A stretch of DNA of 60,018 nucleotides, counting the filler, from Sluysia triapertura (taxonomy: Eukaryota): assembly GCA_046118255.1 (NCBI GenBank). It is 4 parts of 4 records of this genome, joined end to end, with 100 filler letters (N's around TTAATTAATTAA, not from the genome) between each part and the next. Parts side by side here need not be neighbours in the genome. Positions count along the whole stretch, not along the records: positions 46,171 to 60,018 come from JBJNIA010016859.1; 3 more parts are not named here. One strand, written 5' to 3'. Shown here one piece after another: positions 52,370 to 60,018 of the stretch. The notes beneath the pieces are model-generated. The model was not told the DNA's origin, did no database searches, and saw nothing but the letters and a program-made list of their open reading frames with translations. Positions within the stretch are counted from its first letter, which is position 1, and every line of letters starts with the position of its first letter. The translations under genes and the position numbers were made by a program.

Positions 52370-53454
52370 TTTTTTGTAGGGGATCTTAAATTTTGTTTAA
52401 AGTGGATGCAGCCATCCATGCATCTTTTAGAAGCTTTTTGGAAGTGTGAATAATATACACACAAGTTTTTAATTGTTAGGTTTGTAGATTTATTTGGAAA
52501 TCTACATCCTAGTAGACAAGATTTAGCTTGTTGTTGGAATCTGTTGTGATAGTAGGAGATTCCGTTGAAAGGTCGTTTGTTTCGCGTAGATCTGTTTGAA
52601 TTGGAAGAATTGGTTGAGAATGTGGGAGAACTGGTTCTTTTTGTTGGAGAGTTCTCTCTTGATTTTGAATATAGAATTTTAGTAAGATCGGCAACTTGTT
52701 TTGTAAGATTTTGGACTTGCACTAAAAGATTTTGTGTTTCATTATTGGTTGTTGTAATATTAAGTTTTTGGCTGCTGGAAGAAGAATCATTCATTACATA
52801 GAGTGGTTGTTGATGGTTCTTGTTCCATACAGCGATTATATTGTCGGCGATCTTAGCCAGTTCGTCGATTTTGGTGTTTTGTGTTCCTACGAGTATGCCT
52901 TGAACTGTACGGGACATAGCGTCGAGGAATAAACGTTTTAGGACATCGTGATTTTCATCGATGTCACAACCAAAAGGTGCTAAGTTCGTTTTTATTTTCG
53001 CCAAGAATTCGGAAGGTGTAAGAGTACCTAATGTTTGTACTTTAAAATAATCTTGAAAAACCTTTTCCGAATTTGTTTTAGATCATCATATGGGGATTTA
53101 GATGTGATGCATGTTTGAATCTTTGGGCTGATCTTACTTAGTAAAGCCTGGGGCAGCATTGCTAATGTATGATTAAACTTAGCGGTTTGATGTTTAATCG
53201 CGTTAGTTTTGAACATGGCTTCGACGACTAAAAACCATGTGCTTTGAGAACCTGTGTCATCCAAGAAAAATTTAGATGACGACGGGGTACTGATATTTGT
53301 TATTTGGTCTTATTCAGTACGTGGTGGAATTTCTGGGTCGTCATCTGTGCCGCCGGGCAATTGGTGGTTAATTGATATAGTAGCCCCCTGTGGGATTTCA
53401 TAGTCGCTAAATCTTAAGTGGGGACGTAAAGGTTGCGCTTGATACGTAAACCAT
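52366..53454 (-). pseudogene. gag: Ty3/Gypsy gag, disrupted
   Basis: WFLVVEAMF...KFNHTLAML...PYDDLK N-terminal gag pattern; LKRLFL..M...VQ.IL; LAKIADNI; C-terminal YYHNRFQQQAKSCLLGC and CVYYSHFQKASKRCMDGC Cys/His motifs. Start near ATG 53454 is inferred through a frameshift and a stop. Confidence 0.85.
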
Positions 53455-53529
53455 GCTTATTAATTTTTACTGTTGTCACAACTATGGATCTTTTATAAAT
53501 CTTATAATAATTTTTAGAGTTAATCAAAT

Positions 53530-55003
53530 AATAATATGTCTTGAATCTATATTTGAAGTTAATTCTTATAATGGTAGAAATTTTAACATAAAGCTGACAG
53601 ATTAAAATCAAGGTCTTAGTATTAAGATCTATTATTAAACAAATAAAATTTTGAACATGAATTTTTATTTCACAAATTTTGGGAATTTGAAAATTAACAG
53701 TAATTGTATCATAACAACTATCATATCCTACTCGCCGGCATTTCACGATCCTGTATTTACCTAGAATGACTAAAAGGCAGTTAAATAAATAAATCAATTT
53801 AAAACTTACAAAATTGTTATTAAGTAAAATTTCATAAAAATTATCTGCAATCGCATTTGTGTCTCCAGGTAATGGTACGACAAGCTGCTGATTTTTTGAT
53901 ACCACAATGCTAACTAAAGACATACCGTGAGATAATGATTCGCATGTAAAAACATCATCCTTGAAAGGTCCTCGACAACTAAATCTTTCATCAATTAATA
54001 ATTTATAATCTATGTTCGAATAAAGCATCTTTATTAAATAGATTGATCCGTCTTCTTTTAGAATATCTGCAGCATATTATAAGTGTGTCTTGTAACATCT
54101 CTAAAAATTGTTTCATTTAATTCAAACGAAGTTGAATAGCTACTTAACATTTCCCAAACACAATCTAAAAGGACCAAAAAAGGAGCTTCGATTAATTTGC
54201 GAAGATCTGTCAGCATAATTTCCACTTTATCAAATACGAAATCATTATTCTTGAATAGTCCATCTCCTAGTGTTGGAGTTTTAATTAAAGCGGATTTTAA
54301 TCTTAAATCCACCAATTCATACTGATGTCGCAATAATTTAATTATCGGATCAATGTAACTCATTTTTAATGTCACATTTGAATATAGACTACATCGCATT
54401 AAACTAGACTCATTTCTTTCATGATAACATGCTAAAACTGAAAAACGATTATTGACATGCATTCTGAATGATATAAAAATATTTTCATGACTAACAAAAA
54501 ATGGAATCATAACATATTTACCATAATTGAAATTGTTAGAGCATAATGAATTTGGAAGGTGGGCCCACTTTCTTGATATTATGGATTTTAAGAATTCATA
54601 TTTTAGTTGAAATTGATTTCAACACTTTATATTAATCTTGAAAGTTGGTTTAAACCCAAATGAATACAAATCATCTATCTTGTAGCTATTAATAACTTTA
54701 TTTAAAGATAATATTAGATTGTTTATTTTTTTTAGATAACATCTTTAATAAGAACCAACTGTACGCTTTAAAATCTTCGGTTCTCAACATCATAGTATAA
54801 TCATTAACAATCCTCACACCATCAATAGTTCGCAATATCAAAGAAAATTCTCTATCCTTTTTTTCCGTTTCGATTATCATCATAGAATGACTAGAATGAC
54901 ATAAAACACCAGTTGAGATATACGTTGAAAACAGCATTAATTTTACATCGATATTTTTACATGGCGTAATAAAACCGCTATACATTTTAACGTTTAACTC
55001 CAA
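53530..55003 (-). pseudogene. Cargo ORF of module B: about 490 codons in three broken frames, unknown family, directly upstream of gag
   Basis: ORFs 55003-54698, 54510-54058 and 54028-53414 lie on one strand with coding-like sequence between them. No visible similarity to cargo A or C. The 3' end is uncertain. Confidence 0.6.
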
Positions 55004-55178
55004 AGAAATCTAAATTTCAATTTTTTTGTCTGGAAAATTTTTGATTTAGCCACAATACTAGTGCGATACAATTTCTAATTCTGTCTGCAATTTCTCAATT
55101 GTCTGATTTTTATTGAAACTAATTTTTTGTCTCTTTTTAAAAATTTGTGAATTAATTTTCTTATTGTCTATTTTTAAT

Positions 55179-55415
55179 CCACCCAATCAGATTACTAATA
55201 AGTAAGACAAAAGGTGATCAATCTGATTGGGTGGTGTGTTAATGAAAAACTGGAATTATTGAAATATTGATGACTGATTACTGACCGTCATCAAACGTTG
55301 ACAGTCTAATGAAAATGTACATAGGCTGTCATCGTTGGTGATGGCAGCAACTAGTTTAAACGACTTGGTGTTAAATTTTTATTTTTAATTATAAAAATAC
55401 AATAATAATAACAGC

Positions 55416-55456
<41 letters not shown>

Positions 55457-55508
55457 TAATAACAAAATTAATAATAATAAGAATGGTAAAATTATTGCTG
55501 TTATTATT
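55179..55508. other. Three-hairpin array of module B
   Basis: Arms 55179-55193/55220-55234 (CCACCCAATCAGATT, perfect 15), 55281-55308/55322-55347 (imperfect, about 22 pairs), 55404-55421/55491-55508 (AATAATAACAGCAATAAT, perfect 18, loop expanded by AAT repeats). Confidence 0.88.
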
Positions 55509-58119
55509 CTTACATAATAAGAAATCACATAAATCTTTAAAAAACCTTTAACATAATCTTTTCTTTATAATCATAAAATATTTCCTTACATATAGATGAA
55601 AAATAAAAAGAACAAAATGATGTTACATTGTGAAGGAAGAACACTAAGTAAATGTATAATGTATAATTTGTAGTTGTTGCCTCACTACTATAAAGTTATC
55701 TTAAATTTGTTTTTAACAGATATAATGGTTTAGGTTGTAAGTAAAATGAAGAATGTTAGAATAATTTCTTGAAACTTATTAAAGGTTTATAAGATTTGTT
55801 CATTGGATAGAATGATTTGAAATGCTTAATGAAAGGTCGAAGTTATTTTAATTTTGAATGGTGATTACAAAATGAATTTTAATATATTGTAATGTTATTG
55901 CGAGTAATTGTGAATGATGAATATGTGTATATGAAATGGGTTTAGGTTGATTAAGGGTTTAGATGTAAATGATCCATGTTTCTGAGTTATTTGTTAGTGT
56001 TGTTGAATAATGTTGTTATGTTTATGATTTGTGTACTTTATATTGTGATTGTGGTTTGTTTGTTGAAATATTTTATGAATGAATGTTGTGAATTATTCGA
56101 GATTGAATGTCGAAGTTTGTTATGCTATGGATGGTTGAAATGTAAGTTGAGTTGTTGATAAATGTGAGTTGATGAGGTGTTGTAAATATCGAATGTTATT
56201 TTATGATGTTTGTGTTGGTGTAATTCGATAGAAAAAGTGTGATTATTGTGAAAATTGAATTTTAGTGAAATTTAATTTGTGAATATTACATATGAAATTT
56301 GATTAATGGCCACTATACTTTGGTTGTGAGACTGGAGAGATTACAAAATAAAAATTTCTAAATTTTTACAACACAATCACACAATCACAGGACAAAAGAA
56401 GATTTTCAGAATTAAGAAGATCCATGATCTTGGTAGGTATATTTTATTATTTTATTATTCTAATTTATTATCGTTGTAATATTGTTATAATATTTCCATT
56501 ATTATTATCATTATTATTTCATCTGTTTTTAAGGGAATTTCAAATCATTTGGTGGGAGACTCCTTTTGCAATATATTTTTTTGGACTTTAAAATTAGTTT
56601 AGTAAGAGACCATACACAATTTACTTTGCAAATATTTTTTTATTTATTACTTTTAAATTTTAGGAAGAATCTCTGCACAAATTTTTGCTGTAATATTTAA
56701 TTAATTACGTTTGGTTAAGCTGTCTAGAAAAATTGATATTTTTAGTGTCTGTTGCGTCACTCCTGGTTTCTTTAGTTATATTACAGTGTCCTTAATATTA
56801 TTATAAACATTATTTTAGCCAGTTTGAATATTGTTTAGTAGAGATTTATAATAATAATAAATTATATTTTGGTTTTTGTTTAATAGTAAATTATTGTGTC
56901 ATTTTGATTTGATTTCAAAGAGTTTAATTTTTGTGGTGAATTTTTAAAAACCTAAACTTGATTTATTTAGTACTTGGATAATTGAGATTCATTTTAAGCT
57001 AATTGAATTAATATTGATTTATCGTAGTTAATAATTTTTAAAGACACAACATTTGGATTAAATAATTTTTGATTTTTGGAAGGTTCCATGCCTAAGTTAT
57101 TTTTGGTAAAATCATTAAGAAATATTTAATTGAGTAATTTTGAATTTATAATTGTAAATCATATTAATTATAAATTTTTAGAGTCCACACATTTAGTTCT
57201 TATGTATAAACTTTTGCTAGTTGCGTCACCCTTGGTTTCTTGATTAAAATTAATTATCCGGTGCTAATTTCTATTAAATACAGTTTATATACATTTTACA
57301 GTTTATATAATTTGTACATTTTTATCTTTTAAGATTAATTTTTAATTATGAGTTTAGTTACATTTAGATAATTCATTAGTGTAATTGTAATATTTGTGTC
57401 TCATTGAATATAATTGAGTTGAATATTTTTATCTTAAATTTTAGACTTAATACAGGTTTTAAATTATCTAATTAGTAACAAGGAGTTATTGGGAAATGAC
57501 AGATTTATTTGTGTTATTGTTAAGAAAGAAAGTCTTAAATTTGTAGTGATAAATTGATTTTAAGAATATTAGATTTCGACATCTAGATCAATTATTTATT
57601 GTTATGTAATTTCATAGACACAATATTTATTTAGGATATTTAACTTTTATTGTGATAATATATAATATATAAATGAGTTTAAATCTTATTTTGATTCTCT
57701 GAGTTTTGAATTTAAAAGTTGATTTAAATTATCCTTTTTTTAGTTTACACTTTAACTGATTTCAATTAATATAATGAAGTTAAATAATTTCACAATTCAA
57801 ATAATGGTAAAATAATTTTATAAATTTCAGACCTTTTCCTGGTTTTTGAAAAGAACAAGTTAGTACAATATAAAATTTTATCATTTTTTACTTATGGAAC
57901 TTTGTCTTTATTATTAAATGATTTTAGGAGTTAGTATCAAGTTTTAAGTTTCGCTTATAAAAAAAGGATAATTAAAATAGTCATAATATTATTTAATTGC
58001 AGTATATCCGTTTTTAATAAAATAAAGCAACCAATATTTGAAATCAACCATTTTATTTATTGATTATAATTTAATTTATTTTGTTTATATATTTTCATTT
58101 ATAACTTAAGGTCTTTATC

Positions 58120-59295
58120 ATGTTTCATAGGAATTTTTTGAATAATAATGAACCAAATCAAACGATGTATCCTAGTAATAATGATCTGAATAGATCATGT
58201 TACCTTAATAATATGGAATTTAATCGTAACAGTTTTCATAATAGTCCAGATTTAAATAAATCTAATCATGGTTTTGATTCTAATAAATCTAGTTATCAAC
58301 AAAATGATGTAGGTAGATCAGTGTTAAATCCAAATCAGTATAATATAAATAAAATAAGTCCGCGTCGTATAAATTCAAATTTTTTAACGGGTAGTTTTAT
58401 TAAATCAAATGAAGCAGAAATGTATAATAATAGTCTGGTAAATCCACGTCAAACACAAACAGAAAAAAAAGTAATATATAATACTTTGTTTATTATATTT
58501 AGGTGAAACGATCAGAAACGATTAATAATGGGCGTTCCAATGATCCTCCTACTAAGTCATTGCGGGAGTCTCGCCCTTTTACGAATTTTAAATATGGTTG
58601 TGGCGATAAACCATTTTTTCCAAGCAAATCTTACATAGATGCTCATCCATATGCTTTCAAGAAGCAGACAGATTTGTCGAAGTAATTATTTTTTTATTAT
58701 GATATTTATTTTAGTGAGGATGAAAATTTAGAATACTGGGTTACTGTATACGGTTATGACAAAAAACAATCTCACCACGTTTTTGCATTATTTAACGACT
58801 ATGGTGAAGTGGCTGCTAAAAAGGTTGTAATTTATGAAAATTAAATAATTATTTTAATAGATATCTAATAAAGCAAATTATATGCACATTAAGTATAAAG
58901 ATAAATTAGTAGCTCATTCAGTTAAAAACAAAAACGGTACATTATTTCATGATACTATGATTGGTGTTAAAGCTACTACTGACTTACGATTAATTGATGA
59001 CGAATATTCGCTACCGATAAATGAAAATCGTACTACAAATGGTGATGTACGTTTCGAACCATTAAAATCCAGTGATGACAATTGCAGTTCAGATTCAAAA
59101 TCAACAAGTATCAATAAGAGTATGTTGAATTCTTCTTTTAAATCACTAGTAAGGGAACGTGATAATTCATCTATCAGGGAAAAAGTGGGTCTTTTTAATT
59201 TAGATTTCACTATTTGCATTATTTAGAAATGTGAACAGTTTCCGAAGAAAAATATTTTATCAAGAACTTGGTCTATGATTTTTCCAAGAAATTAG
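58120..59295 (+). CDS. NUP35: Nucleoporin Nup35/Nup53, five coding exons: 58120-58470, 58503-58681, 58715-58823 (or 58826), 58861-59184, 59227-59295
   Basis: The spliced product has PPTKSL, the RRM-like domain WVTVYGY...VFALFNDYGEV...SNKANYMHIKY.DKL.A...K.KNG.LF.DTMIGVK (compare WVTVFGF...GNWMHIRY.SKL.A.KAL.K.G..F....MIGVK), and a C-terminal amphipathic helix NILSRTWSMIFPRN*. All four introns are GT-AG and keep the frame. Confidence 0.9.
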
Positions 59296-59814
59296 TTTCA
59301 TAAATAACAAGAGTAGATAGTCTTAATAAATTAATGTCACCATTTTTTATTTTTGGTTTTAAAATGTATCATTTATGCAATGATATGTAAACTTAAATTT
59401 GGACTTTGAATTATGAGTTGTATTCTTTGTGTAAATTTCAGTGGCAGTTTTTACTTTAAGATCATTGTTTATAAAAAAAGCTGTAAATTGCTGCAATTTA
59501 TTGACCTGCTTTTTCCTGCTTTAATGATATTTTCATTTATTTAAGTATATCCATTACGAAACATCAGAATCCAATGGATTATTTTTTAATTTAGATTTGA
59601 AATAAAAATCAGTCGAAATAAGGTATTTATCAATACTTAAACAATGCAAACCAAATTGTTTGAAGGTGAAACAAAAATATAGAACAAAATTAAAATTTGA
59701 ATATACAATATTAGAAAATAAATATGAATGAATGAATTATGTACTCATTGATCGTGGGAGAAACAAAAAAATATTTGAAGAATTTAAGTTTTAACTTAGA
59801 TTTTAAAATCCACT

Positions 59815-60018
59815 TAAATAATAATAATAATATATATTTATATTGCGCTCATATCTACCGCGAAAGTACTCAAAAGCGCTTAAGGTAAATCATTCATCAT
59901 AGTATTTCTGAAACAGAAAGAACTTTGCTTTTTTCTTAAAAATTTCATAATCTTCCAGTAATTTGACATTATCTGGTAACTGGTTGTATATTTTTGAGAC
60001 ATAAACAGTATACAACCT
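59815..60018 (-). mobile_element. 3' end of a second copy of the L2-type LINE, running off the window
   Basis: Reverse complement closely matches about 2012-2200 (AACCAGTTACCAGATAATGTCAAATTACTGGAAGATTATGAAAT...AAGCGCTTTTG...GTAGATATGAGCGCAATATAAAT). Confidence 0.88.

Larger units (their letters stand above)
53485..56317 (-). mobile_element. Module in the 5' LTR position (copy B): leader, three hairpins, a different cargo ORF
   Basis: Begins TATAGTGGCCA at 56317. 55530-56317 is collinear with 48535-49327 (for example GAATGTTGTGAATTATT.GAGATT.AATGTCGAAGTTTGTT). The end at about 53485 (GATCCA) is a weak inference. Confidence 0.65.

Noticed and set aside
46607-56322. Target-site duplications for the Gypsy element and for module C
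   Set aside because: Flanks at the candidate ends do not match (AGAAA/CTTTG; TTTAT/AATAA), so none is claimed and the distal module ends remain tentative.

Overview
Very AT-rich animal (metazoan) genomic DNA with GT-AG introns. It is not one continuous locus: three 100-bp spacers (44 N + TTAATTAATTAA + 44 N at 17808-17907, 31099-31198, 46071-46170) join four pieces. Piece 1 holds four phase-0 exons (two very large, 2.9 and 4.2 kb) of a minus-strand spectrin-repeat protein (nesprin/MSP-300-like), an L2-type LINE remnant and small repeats. Piece 2 holds an intronless PP1-like phosphatase, an NDOR1 pseudogene fragment, and an LTR-like module carrying a VWA5A-type VIT-domain ORF. Piece 3 holds the N-terminal exon of an HCN (Ih) channel with a coding poly-Asn tract, a pogo-type MITE and a decayed repeat-motif ORF. 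Piece 4 holds a decayed Ty3/Gypsy gag-pol and a complete Nup35 gene with 32-42 nt introns. The most unusual observation is a family of roughly 2.3-2.8 kb LTR-like modules: three clear copies (49327->~46612, 56317->~53485, 29067->~26770) and a possible fourth. Each starts T(G/A)T(A/G)GTGGCCA and has a related ~1.1 kb leader that ends in three hairpins spaced about 100 bp apart, whose stems stay paired although their sequences differ. Each then switches abruptly to a different protein-coding cargo, one of which is a recognisable host-gene domain. Two modules occupy the 5' and 3' LTR positions of the Gypsy element. All family assignments come from motif recognition by eye; no searches were run.
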